DNA of 63,662 nt, the filler included, from Octopus bimaculoides (lineage: Eukaryota): the NCBI RefSeq assembly GCF_001194135.2. It is 6 parts of 6 records of this genome, joined end to end, with 100 filler letters (N's around TTAATTAATTAA, not from the genome) between each part and the next. Parts side by side here need not be neighbours in the genome. Positions count along the whole stretch, not along the records: positions 38,844 to 46,156 come from NC_068994.1; positions 46,257 to 62,131 come from NC_068987.1; 4 more parts are not named here. One strand, written 5' to 3'. Shown here piece after piece: positions 40,032 to 54,418 of this stretch (within the stretch, counting starts at the first letter, position 1; the number at the start of each line of letters is the position of its first letter). Both the position numbers and the translations under genes were made by a program. Under the pieces are notes generated by a model, which had not been told where the DNA came from, ran no database searches, and saw nothing but the letters and a program-made list of their open reading frames with translations.

Positions 40032-41587
40032 TGCACATGCACACACACACACATATACATCTACATACATAGTTATATATACATACGTACGTACGTACGT
40101 ACGTACACATATAACATTTTAGTGGCGGCCATTTTCAGGCACAAAGAGATTTGATAATTTAATTCCAATAATATTTGATAGATTTTGATGAATAAGTCAT
40201 AAGGCCACATTTGCTGAGTTCGAGGTATAAACGGTCCGAATATATACTCACGGGTACCTACTTCATTTAGTCTTCAAATGATGAGAGGCCAGTCAGGCTA
40301 ACACCAAGACACGTGACAAAACACCGGAAGAAGTATTAGGATGGTCTCCTTACGTCTTACAAATGGTCGTTTGTACTAAGATCAACTTTACCTTTCTTCC
40401 TATTGGAGGTCGGTAAAAAAAAAAAGGACCAATCCGGGATGTTGAATTTGCGGAGTCCTTAAGAACGTTGGATCGGATGCCTTGCGATATTTGTACGAGT
40501 TCTTTTCATTCTGGGTTCAAATCCTGCCATGGCCTAATAGGTTGGTAGACTTAATGTGACACCCGTTTTAACACCATCAGCTGGTACCCTGGGTACTTTT
40601 AGCAGAATCCGTTCTGTTTCAAGCATTCGGATCAGGTCTCCGGTTGCAGATACCTTCTACCTTTCTCGCACCTGTTCCGAGACCCTTTAACGGGGTCCTG
40701 GAGACTGAGTTCCCTCCTGATTTAAAAACATTAAGGAAAAAGAACTAACAGTTGAATCGCCTTCAGATCTTATTCGGAAAATAGAATCATAGAAGGATCT
40801 TCCGTCAGTTTCGACAATGAGCATTCCGGACGTTCGATCAATTGAACGACCTAGGTGGCTGAATATTCCACAGACATGTGTATGTATGATAGTCTCTCGT
40901 AGTCCGAGCACAAATGATTTCTTTATAGTTATCAAGAGTTTGTGCTGCACATTACCGCCATCAAATCGACATTGCCTGAATAGGTGCACGGTATACCATA
41001 CGTCAGGTGTCGAATAGATCGCAGAGCGGCATGAGATGAAGTGTTTTGCTCAAGAACACAACACACCACCTGATCGAGGAATTGAAACCACTAAGCCATG
41101 TACCTTCACACAGAAATTTGTGCCCTTAATGTAATTCTCAGACACAATATGTGGCACGGATGGATCTTTGAATTACAGGTACAATCCATTCAACAGTCTT
41201 CTACATACCGGTCACTCTAATTTCATTCACAAGGCTTGTATTGACCTGCGGTCATGGTGTGTAAAAAAACAACATTTGGTTAAGATGCTAAGCGATGGAA
41301 TCGAACCCGAGATTTTATTAGTGCAGAACGAAGTTCTTCAACATTCTGTCATATCTGTATCCACTTAAAAAAACGATGAATGTATCGGATAAAGTAACCA
41401 TGATTATATTTTATATACCCAAAAAAGAAGACTAGATGAACACGGTTTCTATACCGACATACGTTGGAGATTCATCACAGAGAAATATTTTTGCTAACAC
41501 AAAGCGACACAAGTGATGACTCTACATGAAGAAGACGATAAAACCTTAAAAATACACCAACAGATTTAAACAGAATCTACATAAGTA

Positions 41588-41733
41588 GACGCAGGCGTAG
41601 CTCTGCGGTAAGAAGCTTGCTTCCCAGTCACTTAGTCCTAGGTTCAGTATCACTGTGTGGCACCCTCCATAACCCCAGGTTAACCAAAGCTTTGTCAGTG
41701 GATTTGGTAGACAGAAACTGAAAGAAGCCCGTC

Positions 41734-41740
<7 letters not shown>
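41588..41740 (+). mobile_element. SINE family B 5' half
   Basis: gacgcaggcgtagct...ggttcagtatcactgtgtggcacc...ggatttggtagacagaaactgaaagaagcccgtcg, followed by (TA)n. Confidence 0.8.
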
Positions 41741-41814
<74 letters not shown>

Positions 41815-43175
41815 GAGAGAAAGAGAGTTAGCAGTTGTAGTAACCAACTAAGGGATAAAATATCCGTATGTACTATCAGTATCCGTTACTTGTGTTATCC
41901 CCGGGCAATGGTGTGCAGGGACACCACATACATCGAGCGCAGGTAACAATAGGATAAACAAAAGTTTATCAGGAGCCAATGCAAATAATTAGAAAATGGA
42001 GAAAAACATAGATTAACCAGTAAATGTTTAGTTTGTTTTGTTTTGTTTTTAGTTGCCTGGTATAAAAAAATATTTTACATTTTTTTCTGTAGAAAGAATG
42101 AACGACTAGTCGTATTGCTGGTATTCACAAAAGACATCAAAGATATCAGATAAAAGTGTGCAAAGGCTAATTCCTCAACACATCTTAACATTTGAACAAC
42201 ATATGATTTGTCTCCTCCATCTCTCTTTCAACGTTACTTCTACCACCTCTGCTTCCTTGAACTGTCCCGTCGCATAACATCTCCACCCAACTTTATCTAA
42301 GGTATCTGTCTTCCTTCCTCTTATTAAACCTGCTTTCCATTTCCCTCTAAGCACAACCCCAATTCTTCCTCATCAGGATAATTCTCTGGAAATATCTTGG
42401 CAACCAAGTTTGTTTGTTTGTTCGTTTTCTGCAGACACTTTGTATAAGTGTGCAAAAACTGAATGATAACCGTACCAATCTCATCAGGTTTTGGAAAGCC
42501 TGCGACGATCACGAGCACTGCAATTTCCCCTTGATTAAATCACAAACAAACTAAATGAATTCCACGTAAATAATAAACGTGGGGATTACGACTGAACAAT
42601 TCTAGAAGAGCTGCAGCGAGTGTCCATAACGTTATCGTTGTAGAATTTAGTCAGATAAATTCGAAGATCTGTGATAGGTTTACGAGCTAAATTTTTCATT
42701 CGGTAGAAGCTTAGCCAACTTATCTTACGACATAAAAGATGGTAAATGACTTTGAAAGAATTCCAATTTTCATTAATTCCAACGAGTAGACGGCAGAATC
42801 ACACATATATTGATAAAAAGGTTGACAGTTTATGGCGACTGCCTCCAATCAAATGTTTTATTGAAACCGTTGTAGGAAAGACTTACACGCTAGTGTGGAC
42901 GTTGACTGGCTGTTGGCATACAACAAAGACCACCACCACTGCCACGATAGTAACAACAGCAGCAGCAGCAGCAACGGCAATAATCAGGAAAGTATAAATA
43001 AGGATAATGTTCATGATGAGGATGATTACGTTGGCACAAAAATTAGTAATGATGGCTATGGTAATGATGATTTTGATGATGATGACAACGGACATGTGTG
43101 ATTCAATAGTCTATAGAATTGCCAGCCTAAAGGTCAACGGTTCATACACTTCATAAGTCCTCCCTCTAACCTAAT

Positions 43176-43781
43176 CGGGATCTTTTTTAAAACGGGGGCC
43201 ACATTTTTCATTAATGTTTTACGTAGTGTTTTTGGTACCGAAAGACTTTCAAACTTCGTATACTTATCTATTTTGTGTTATAGAACAGAAAAAATATTTT
43301 TGTATTCGAATTTATTTCATGTAAAAAAATTGTCTTATTTCGATAATTTCAACCAATCACTGACAAGTATTCAGTTGTTTATATTTACTCCTTTGGCTGA
43401 TTAAGCCATAGCTTCGTTTTATTTGCTTTTTTCATTTTAAATTTGCTTTTTCATTTTCTTTTTTTTTTCTTCGTTTTATTTGCTTTTTTCCTTTTAAATT
43501 TGTTGTTTTACCCTAACCCTAACCCTATCACCGATAGAATTGTTTCAGAATCGTTTGTTTATGTAGTCTGCACTTAATGTATATCGGCTGAATGGACGTC
43601 AGTGATTGGTTGAAATTACAGAAATACGACAACTTTAACATGGAATAACTTAAGGATTTTTTTTTTTTTTTTAAGAAGACTAAGAGAAAAAGATGTTTTA
43701 TATGACACATTCTACCAGTGTTCCAAGTTTCAAAGTGTTTCGTTAATGAAAAATGTGGCCCCCGTTTTAAAAAAGATCCCC
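43176..43781. mobile_element. MITE-like non-autonomous DNA transposon
   Basis: Perfect 38-bp terminal inverted repeats at 43177-43214 and 43743-43780. Internal perfect 21-bp inverted repeat at 43344-43364 and 43598-43618. TAAT on both flanks. No ORF. Confidence 0.85.
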
Positions 43782-43799
43782 TAATTGTATGAAGATAAC

Positions 43800-45070
43800 A
43801 AAGAATTAAGGATTTTATCTTTCGAAGTTAATCAGAGGAGAGGGGCAGCAACCATGACCTCTGTAGAACCTCTCAGATTGCTGACTGTGATGCGGCCTCG
43901 ACAGTGTGTATGTGCGCATGATGGTAAACCCTACTGGAGTAGGAGGTGGTTTGGCAGGAGGTCCCTTTGGTGTGAACATTTGCCTAAAACGACAGTTTCA
44001 ATCACTCACCAAACTGTTTTTGATAGATCAGGAGTGAAGCTCAAACAAGTCAGCTGACTTGATGTTACCATAAAGTCAAGGTTATGATGATAGGTATTGT
44101 ATTGGTTAGTTGCGATAAGTGAAGTTGGATGCAATATAAGGAGCGAAGGTAAAGGCGGTCTCCACAGGACCCTCTTGGTTAGGAAATGCCTTCTGGAAAT
44201 ACTTTCAGTAAGAGACTAACAAGATAGCTGAAGTATGAGAAGAAGAAAAGCTTGATGGTTCTGTAATACATGGATGGACAGTCTTGCAAAAGTTGTGCTG
44301 TTTAATGAACGCCGTTCAAATTATAAGGGTGGATTCTTCCAATTGTTGTGTGCAATGTTTTTGTTTTGTTTTGCTTTGTTTGATTTTGCTTTAACTCACT
44401 ACCCCCTAAATCACCCAAATGAATCGCTAGGATGATCTCGGGATAGTTATGTTGTTTTTTTTTTCTCTTTCGTATGTAAGTGGGATGTGGAGAGACATCC
44501 CTAAGGGGATAGTTTCAATCATCCGCCGATCTGTTTTTGACGGATCAGAAGTGAGACATGTATTTCCAGGGATAGTTAATTTAGAACTAAAAACAAAAAG
44601 CTCAAACTGGTCGGCCGACTTGATGTTACCAAAGTGGGAAGGGCATTATGCAGTATGTTGATGTATGTTGGGTAGTTGCAATGAGGAAACAGCCGAACAA
44701 CGCGACAGATGAAAGACAGTTATGGTCTGACAGAAGCGGAGTTTGGAAATGAGAATGATATCAAATATGTTTGGAGTGCCTGTGTATCGGTCAAGGATGC
44801 ATGTATGAGGATGAAACAAACTGATGTAGAGAGTTGGGTATTGCAAAAGATAGGGTTTCTGCGTGGGTGAGATCACTTTGGGATGACTGTGGGAACCAAG
44901 AGAGCATGTGTGAGTCGAAGTCATGGAGGACGCTCGGAAGGAAAATAGTCGAACTGCTGTTGGTGCTTTTTGAAGTCTGGTGGATGGTAGAGGAAGCAAG
45001 ACTTCTCTCAAGTTCCAAGTGTGAATTCGTCTATGTTAACTACATCCCAAGCCTTGTATCTTTGTAGGAA
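43800..45070 (-). mobile_element. Degraded GC-richer interspersed repeat block with internal duplication, family unresolved
   Basis: 43992-44076 is a diverged, internally deleted copy of 44509-44635. Minus-strand fragments such as ETLSFAIP are faintly Penelope-like. Confidence 0.3.
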
Positions 45071-45641
45071 ACCGGCTCCCTCTTAAGTGGAAGATTTATA
45101 ATAATTAAAAAATAGAAGAGACATACATACATACATACATACATACATAAAATTTAAAGGATGATGAGAAAAGCAAGGTGCTTTCCTCCACAACCTTGGT
45201 ACCAAGCAGCCGGCCGGTCGAAATTATTCTTAAATTTATTCAGAATTCTGAGCAGTTTTCGTTCAGTCACAAGGCATTGCCTAACTCAGTGCTTTGATAA
45301 AAGATGTTTGGTTATTTGATAAAGATATTTGGTTAAGGTGTCACGCAGTGAGGGATCGATCCTGCGGCGACATAATTGCGAAGAGAACTTCCTTAGCATA
45401 CAGCCATGCCGACGACTGTTACGTGCAGGTATTTCAAAAATCTTGTCCATTCGTTCTATAAACTTGGAAATGCAGTGTGGTTAACACAGCATAACTTCGA
45501 GACATTAATCACGTCGTGACTGAGAAACAAAACTTTCTTAATACATTTATTTAACTTTCTTGTTTCTGTGCAGTTTAATATCGTTATTGTGTTGACGGTA
45601 TTAGCATACGTGTCGCTCACACACGTACATACACACTGGAA

Positions 45642-45719
<78 letters not shown>

Positions 45720-46054
45720 GCGGGGGAAGCCCCCAGGTTTTGGTAAAGATTGCCGAGGTTGGTGTCAAGGGGTCATTTTTGCATGAATTTTATTTCCCCT
45801 ATCATTGCTCGTTGTGTCGTTGTGAGGGAAGCGACGGATTGACCTGGTGACGTAGTCATGATTTATCTTCTGACAGTTACCTTGCTTAATGGCTCTCAAT
45901 GTTACCTCCACCCACCGCAACCTCTTCTTCACAGAGACACCGATACACACACGCACACACACACACACACACACATATATACACACACACACGCACACAC
46001 ATATATATATATACACACACACACACATATATACACACACACACACATATATAT

Positions 46055-46093
<39 letters not shown>

Positions 46094-46384
46094 CACATAT
46101 ATATACACACACACACACACATATATATACACACACACACACACATATATATACACNNNNNNNNNNNNNNNNNNNNNNNNNNNNNNNNNNNNNNNNNNNN
46201 TTAATTAATTAANNNNNNNNNNNNNNNNNNNNNNNNNNNNNNNNNNNNNNNNNNNNTATATATACATATATATATATATATACATAAACATATATATACA
46301 AACATATGTGTATGTGTGTGTGCATGTGCGTGTGTATTTCTCAGTGTGCGTGTCTTTGGGTCTGTGATTGACCACCATCATATC

Positions 46385-46606
46385 TGTGTGCGTCTTTGTG
46401 TTTGTGGTTGTCCACCATCCACCCCTAGGCAACCGGTGGTGGCTTATCATCGTCTCCGTAACTTAGCGGTTCGGCAAAAGGGAAAGATGGTATACGTACC
46501 TGACTTTCAAAGAATATGTCCAGGGATCGATTTCATCGACTAAAACCCTTTAAAGTTGTGCTCCAGCATGGCCGCAATCAAATTACTGAAACATGTAACA
46601 GAGTAA
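46385..46606 (+). mobile_element. SINE family B 3' half
   Basis: cgtaacttagcggttcggcaaaag...gtgctccagcatggccgc.atcaaattactgaaac. Confidence 0.75.
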
Positions 46607-49115
46607 CCATANNNNNNNNNNTATATATGTACTCCCGTACACAGATATACATATGAATACATAGTATTTATGTATATATGTATACATGTATTTATGTATG
46701 CGTATATATACACATTTGGACGCTTAACCCCACCCCGCTGACGACGGTTGCTCGCTCGCATCGTGTTATTATGCGTGTATGAGAGACAGTCAGAGAGAGA
46801 ATCAAGTGGGAAAACTATTAATCAGCTTGTGAAAGAGCCCGTTATATGGGTAAGCAACTTAATAGTAACTGTCTGCAATTTCTGTGGAATAAAATTTTCA
46901 CTACAAAGTATTTGATAACTGATTGGTAAATCAGTTTTATTCTGAATGAACAATAAAGAGAGACAGAATTTAATTGATAATAAACAAGGAAATGAGAAGT
47001 AGAATGAATATTCTGTGAGAAATAGGAGAGAAACGATGATTTGAGCATATGTATGTAGGAGGAGAGGAGGAGGATTGTGAGACATAGGAAAAGAAGGAGT
47101 GGGAAAGAGAATTTCTGAAATTAAAATAGGAAGGAAGGAAAGAAAGAAAAGATGAAACAACGAGGAAGGAAAAGCGATCAAATAAAAACCAGACAAAGAC
47201 AATAAGAAACGACAAAGAGGGCAAAATTATGGGCGATTAATTTATTAAAGTATTAGAAAAATCAATTTATCACAGCAGTAAATATGTTGTATTTATGACG
47301 ACAGAGTAAAAGATAATTGAAGTGATAACCTCTGCGATGTTTAATTCATTAGAATAACAATACGCAGGGGATGACTGCCACTTTCTTACCGTATAGCGAC
47401 AACTAAATATTTTTAGCGTGAAATTTGAGAAGAAACGTTTGCGGCAAATTTAATTATTCTTTTATTCTTATATTCTGCAGTAAAAATATTGAGAAAATTG
47501 TCGATACACAAATATAAAAAGCTGTGTGACACAAACATTACTATATACGGAAATCACGTCTCATCTCAACATACAATTACTATAAATATCTATAAAATTC
47601 TATTTAATATTTTATGTTCAAATATATATAAATTTGTGTAACATATGCTAAACAATTACCATATCAACATATATATAAATACACAAAAGAGCACCAAAAA
47701 TGACTATCCATTTGAAAATACATTCACTGAAAATTTTAGAAGCCATTCATACAAATAAACGAAGACACGTTGAGATTATGTATGTGACATATTAATAAAG
47801 AGAAATCATTATGTTTTCTTAATAACGCAAAATAGTCTTTAAGCATAATTTGTTTTCGTTTTTATTCCAGACAAATGAGAAAATGTTACCTGTCGTTTGT
47901 AGATACAACTAAGATTAAATAAAATTGACAACTCTAAGATAATGCAAATAAAATGCTTCACGTATTAGTGATAGCTAATTCTAACCGTAATTTCTCCACA
48001 ACGCGACTGTTGGCTGCTTAATTTCTGCTGAAGTAGAAATATTGGCTGCATTTCAGCCGATTCTGTATTGGATAATGACCAGAAGGAAATGGTGTTCATA
48101 TGAAAACGCTATTTTTTGAGTTCAGTCCAAGATTTAGAATTCAAATAAACTAGCACAGTTTCTAATATCTTCAATGTTTTCAAACGTGTAACAATGATTT
48201 CAAACATGCATCAACATCAGATCATTACCATGTCTTCATGTAGATTTAAGCAGACATTTCTGATCAATTTATCAAGTAAACATGTTGCATAGTAGTGCAG
48301 TGTTGTGCATTAATGTAGATAGTTAAGTATAAAAACAAGTATTGCAAACTATAATAAAGCATTTAATTTGCAAAGCATTATAACATACATGATGCACAAA
48401 AACACACATATCTACGGAACTGAAAGAGTACGTGTATATACGAATATATGTGTGTGTCTGCGTGTTTTTGTGTCTGTGTATGTGATAGGTTTCCGCACAG
48501 CTTCCATCGACGAAAATCTCATATAAAAAGAATGAAGTGCCCAGTCTGTGAAAGAGGAGATTTGGCCTTATGGAAACGAACTCGGATTCCCTTGGTTACA
48601 AAGAAAACTTCTAAACAGCAAGCTTACTCCTACTACCTGTTATGTGATTTGAAAGTTTATAATGATTATAAGTAAATCACGTGGTCGTAGGGAATCAAAT
48701 AAGCAAATCCCCATACGGAAAGGAGAATACAATATATCTCTCTCTCTCTTTCTCTCTGTCTCTCTCCTCATTCCCTTCCCATCAATCTATTTTGTTATCG
48801 AGCTCTCGATGTTTCACTTTATTTGGCAACATCTTTGCATATATTTACATACACCCATGCATACGCATATGTATACATACACATGCATGTGTGCAAGAAA
48901 AAAGATGTATGTATGCAATGAAAAAATATCGAGTAAATAGACGTATGGTTATAGCGATATCCCATTCAGATGCATGACTGCTTATTCCCCTTTACAAGCA
49001 ACTTTATTATCAAATTGCCTCCGACAGAATCATTTACATTAAAAGAGATGTAATATGGACTCATATGCAACCCACATTCTCTCTGGTTTTATCAATTTCG
49101 AAAAGCAACTGCTAC

Positions 49116-49157
<42 letters not shown>

Positions 49158-49789
49158 NNNNNNNNNNNNNNNNNNNNNNNNNNNNNNNNNNNNNNNNNNN
49201 NNNNNNNNNNNNNNNNNNNNNNTATATATGTATGTATGCATAAATACACATGTATCTATGCATATGTGAGTATGTGTGCATAGACATTCATATAGAAACA
49301 TAAAAACACACATACACATATTTTTGTATATTTGATAAATATCAAAAACTAATCCAATATTTATATGTCACTTCACCCTTTTGGTCGATACATACAAATA
49401 CATTAACCGAAATAAACTTAAACCCTATTCTTATCTTCTCCCTATCCAACCAAGAAAGTATTCTCAAGCTTGAGCTCTTTTGCTGTAAAGGTCAGTGCTT
49501 CTCACAGTAAATAATTTCCCAATGGGTTTCAAAACCTATCCTTTCTATTACTGTTTCACTTGCACATATTCATTTACGTTTTATAATTTAAAATTCTTTT
49601 TTACTCATATTTGAATATAAGTTTATTTCTTTCAAAAGAAAGCATTGATTTACACGGCTTTGTTCTTCAGTTGCAAAGCATTTCCAATAAAAGAGGAAAG
49701 AGTATTGAGTTGATCGGAGCATATCACTAGCTATGATTATGTATTATATGGATGAAGTTCTAAGTCGATTCACAACGTCACCATGATTG

Positions 49790-49975
49790 TAATAATTGTT
49801 TCTAACTCAGGTACAAAGCCAGCAATTTTGAGTGAATAGTCGAAACCAGCAATCCTAATACTTGATAGGTACCTTATTCCATCGACGAAAGGCGAAGTCT
49901 ATTTCAAAGAAGTTTGATCTCAGAACGTCAAGACGAAGTAATGTTGCTCACCATTTTGTCCAGCGTGGTAACGAG
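49790..49975 (-). mobile_element. SINE family A, degraded
   Basis: ggtaccttattccatcgacgaaaggcgaagtc...tctcagaacgtcaagacgaa. Confidence 0.55.
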
Positions 49976-50007
49976 TTTTCGTGTTCGCTAACTTGATTAT
50001 AAAAATG

Positions 50008-51285
50008 CTTTCTTTATTAGCCACCAGAAACGCACACAAAATATAAAGGACGATACACAGACAAGGTCCAATGAGGCTAAACGTATAAACAGCAAACACA
50101 CACAACTATTAACAAAGATATTAAATCAACAATATGCTTTCCAAATAGTGGTGAGTTCCACCGTAAGGTGACCAAAGAGACATCACGCACTTTGGACTCC
50201 TTCACACCAACGGCTCTTCAGGAAGGCAGCCTCTCTTCTTCTTCCTTCCATACGACCTACAGGTGCACACTTAGAGTAGACCTATTCACGCGGGCCATTC
50301 TTGCAACATTCAGCCACCATTCAACGAACTTACTGGGAGACAGTACCGCCCTCTCCAGCCAAACTTTCCTTTTCAGGTGGAACCTGAAAAAGTCAATGAA
50401 GCTTCGGTCAAAGTGGAAGGTGCCTTTCTTCAACCGTTTCAATCGCGTGCACCACACAACTTCTGTTGACATAGCCACCAGACATAGAAAAATTGCCCTC
50501 CCTTCCCGGCCAAAAGAAGGAGGCAGGGTGACCTTCACAATGGACTCGGTCGACATCCGGAACCGTCCTACACGTGACGATAACTGTTCGACAAACCTCC
50601 ACAAGTCAGCAATGCGCAGACACTGTAGGAGAGCATGCAGAACGGTTTCATGGCTCCACGTGCATCTCGGACAAGCCCGACTGACTTCACACCCGTGCTT
50701 GTAGAGCTTATCTCGAACCGGCAGTGCTCCCAACCCCACCAGTTAGCACTACCGGCCCGAAAGTCGTCCGGAAGGGACCAACCAGTTGATCTCTCTCGAC
50801 GCCCAGGATCTCTGCGAGTACGTCATCGCTCTTGCCCTCCACTAATCCCCTAAAGAACTCCAAGGTGGAATTTCCACCGACAGCACAGCCTAAATGTGAG
50901 CGCTTGGAGACACACTAGGTGCCAAGTGCCCTGCTTCAGTCAATACCTGATCCACGAGTCGAGCTGCGAAAAGGCGTGTTCAACAAACGGCGACCACACT
51001 TATTCACCGTTAAGGTATCACTGGAGATGTCGCAGGCTCAGTGCATTTCTGCGCATCTTCTGGCACGCCATGCTCAGTCCTACACGCAATAGGTACAGCG
51101 CAAATGAACTATCTGAGAAGCGGTATCTGTCCCTTCCGCAGGAAGTGGTAGAACAAACGCACCAGCCCGTTCAGCCACGAAGCAAGGCAAGGGAAGACAG
51201 TCAGGCGGTAGTATATAGTGAATACGTCGAGAGGGGTGAAGAAGCCAACGCTTCAGGCACAGACATTCTTCATGGGAAAAGGTGA
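50008..51285 (-). mobile_element. 5'-truncated L1/Tx1-clade LINE: ORF2 C-terminus and 3' UTR
   Basis: ORF 50257-50739 carries the C-terminal CCHC motif CPRC...ETVLHALLQC typical of L1/Tx1 ORF2. GC-rich block with stops and frameshifts upstream. AATAAA on the minus strand at 50013-50018. Confidence 0.85.
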
Positions 51286-51473
51286 AAGGAGAGTACGCTA
51301 TAACTCTTTTATTATTGATTTTACTGCACAATATATATACCTTGTTGACGCAAAACAACACTAGCTTTGGAGTCTGTCTGATCACATATATGCACACACA
51401 TACACACACACAATTACATAATATTGCAATATATCTATGTATATATATGTATATATATATATATATATTCATA

Positions 51474-51517
<44 letters not shown>

Positions 51518-52059
51518 TAAACATATATATGTGTGTTTCTGTGTAATTGAATGTGTGCATGTGTATGTTTATCGGAGGGAGACAATGACAAGAGATGTGG
51601 CTGTGTCGGATGGACATGAATAGAGAAAATATGCAACAAGATACGGCTTTCATAAAAAGAACATTTAGAAGTAATTTTGTTTAAAAAACAATGGAATAAC
51701 ATTTATACATTAGAAGATGAATAACATATATTTCAAGTGATTTTTGATTCTACTGCTCAGTCATAAAAAATACGTCTTTGTGTGTTAGAAGTCCTGTGTA
51801 TTATAGAACTAAAGCAGTAAATGTGTCTGCAACAAAGTCAATCATAACACATTAAATCAGCACAAACGGCAAATCACTAATAAGTTATTAATGTCTCTGT
51901 TACTTGAAACTAGGTCTGTTTTTTCTAATTGAGTAGACATATCAGAGACGTGCGACCCTTTACCATCATTCACTGTTTTCTCACAAGTAGAGTTTGTCTA
52001 GAACTATACAACCGATTATGCATTAAGTTTCCGTGCCTATCCTAAGCTATGGTCGTGAA

Positions 52060-52400
52060 TGTTGGGTAATGTTCAAAAGTGGACAGAGTGTCACTCCTGG
52101 CCGAACCGCTTCTTCTCGAAATTAAGTGGTCACAGCTACGTACTACGGACATTGGATAAGAATGTCGCTGGAAAAGTTACAAGACAGATTCTTCAAGCCA
52201 AGCCTTCTGGCAGGATGCTTAATGGTATATTAAAACGAAATGGTTGAATAATATGCGTATTTTCAGCTCATCACGTTCAGGAATCATGACAGATAGCTTG
52301 AAGACGACTCCTTCTGGTAGAGCAAAATGGAGGGGGTGCTTTAGGACTCTACCCACTACCACTTTGCCGATTAATAGTGGACAGGCAAGATGGATCGGTA
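52060..52400 (+). mobile_element. Decayed RTE-clade LINE 3' fragment
   Basis: EPLLLEIKWSQLR from 52103, then after a frameshift YGHWIRMS.EKVTRQILQAKPSGR. Confidence 0.7.
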
Positions 52401-52951
52401 TATATATTATTGAAAAGTTGTAGGGTCTTCAGGTGATAGTCCGAACATATGTAGCTATCAAGAAGGAGCGTCAGTATAGATTCGTGTACGAGATTTATAA
52501 AGCTATGACACTTTGACAATATAAGTAAAAGTGTTTCCTAGCAGCGTGGCAATACAGAAATAATAAAGAACCACACATCTTCGAAAAATGACGTTTATGT
52601 GCAACTATAACTGCAGATAATTCGGTTGAGGATGACAGAAGGAAAAAATATAAAAAACAGTCATCAGATTTTTATTGGTAATATAAAAGAAAGTCTGACA
52701 CAAGAATGATCATATTACAGATAAGAAAAATTCATTTCGAAGAAATCTTATCATTTATTAATCTCTAACTTATATGTATATTTTGTTTCATTTCCAAATG
52801 TACATATTTTTTTTTATTTTTGTTTCTCTTTTGCGTTGATCCAAATTACTTTCCGCCAAGATGTCTCACACGATTTAATATTGGAGTGGTGAATGCAATT
52901 TATATATTTCAATGAGTCCGTGCATTTCATTCTCTCCTTTCTTTCACACAT

Positions 52952-53001
<50 letters not shown>

Positions 53002-53850
53002 TCGAATATGTTTAGTTCTTTCGTTTGTTTTAGACATCATGCAATGGTATACTGTAATAAAGCCGACACTGCATAGATATACACACACNNNNNNNNNNNN
53101 NNNNNNNNNNNNNNNNNNNNNNNNNNNNNNNNNNNNNNNNNNNNNNNNNNNNNNNNNNNNNNNNNNNNNNNNNNNNNNNNNNNNNNNNNNNNNNNNNNNN
53201 NNNNNNNNNNNNNNNNNNNNNNNNNNNNNNNNNNNNNNNNNNNNNNNNNNNNNNNNNNNNNNNNNNNNNNNNNNNNNNNNNNNNNNNNNNNNNNNNNNNN
53301 NNNNNNNNNNNNNNNNNNNNNNNNCATGTACATACATATATATAGATATATATATCTATATATATACATATATATATGTATATATATATATATATATATG
53401 CATGTATGTATATGTGTGCATGTATGTATGTATATATGTATGTACGTATGTATGTATATAGGTAGGTAGGTAGGTAGGTAAGAATATTTCTTCATAAGAA
53501 TAAAAAGTACTTTTTATTTAAAAACTTTTCTTCATTTATCTGTATTCTGTTAATGTCTTGCTTAGAACTATAAATTTTCCGTGGTTCGCCGATGTTAAAA
53601 GACCTTACTGGTCTTATTTTTCAGGTGAAATTAGTTTAGCAGTTTTTGTATTGTCCATTATTTTGTAGTCAAACATCTCGACAATATTGTATTATCTCTT
53701 ACTCATTGACGCACAAAGAGAGATTTTTTTAACCATTGACGTCAGGTTTCTTCTAATAATTAGTTATTTTTTTCTCATAGTATTTAGTCTATTGCATTGA
53801 CTACCAATTTCAATGTTGAGTTTTGCATTGTATCTTGCCAGTAATATAGC

Positions 53851-54070
53851 TTTCTATAATAGAAATTCTGTGGGAGGGTGCTAGTCGATTACATCGACCC
53901 CAGTGCTTGACTGGTACTTTATCTTATCGATCCTCGAAAAGCTGATAGGCAAATTCGACCCCGAAATGATTAAAGGCAAAGTCAACCTCGGTGGAATTTG
54001 AACTGGGATTGTAAAGACGGACGAAATGTCGCTTAGCACTTTAGTCGACATGCTAACAATTCTGCCAGCT
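53851..54070 (-). mobile_element. SINE family A
   Basis: gtcgattacatcgaccccagtgcttgactggtact...ggcaaagtcaacctcggtggaatttgaact...ctgccagct. Confidence 0.8.
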
Positions 54071-54086
54071 TGATGTCTTCATACTT

Positions 54087-54418
54087 TGTTGTTGTTGGCA
54101 CTCCGTCGCTTACGACATCGAGGGTTCCAGTTGCTCCGATCAACGGAACAGCCTGCTCATGAAATTACCGTGCAAGTGGCTGAACACTCCACAGATACGT
54201 GTACCCTTAACGTAGTTCTCGGGGAGATTCAGCGTGACACAGTGTGACAAGGCTGGCCCTTTTAATTACAGGCACAACAGAAACAGGAAGTAAGAGTGAG
54301 AGAAAGTTGTGGTGAAAGAGTACAACAGGGTTCGTCACCATCCCCTGCCGGAGCCTCGTGGAGCTTTAGGTGTTTTCGCTCAATAAACACTCACATCACC
54401 CGGTCTGGGAATCGAAAC
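54087..54418. mobile_element. GC-rich interspersed repeat (SINE-like), truncated by gap
   Basis: Abrupt GC-rich block beginning gttgttgttggcactccgtcgc. Its segment gagaaagttgtggtgaaagagtac recurs inverted at about 25677-25700; related sequence at about 40850-40890. Confidence 0.6.

Noticed and set aside
42324-42518. Minus-strand ORF ending IFPENYPDEEELGLCLEG, with two CTGATGAG motifs
   Set aside because: No recognisable domain or splice sites, and neither CTGATGA is followed by stem II plus GAAA.
54087-54418. Possible HDV-like or twister ribozyme in the GC-rich repeat
   Set aside because: Hairpins are present but the required pseudoknot pairings could not be assigned consistently by eye.
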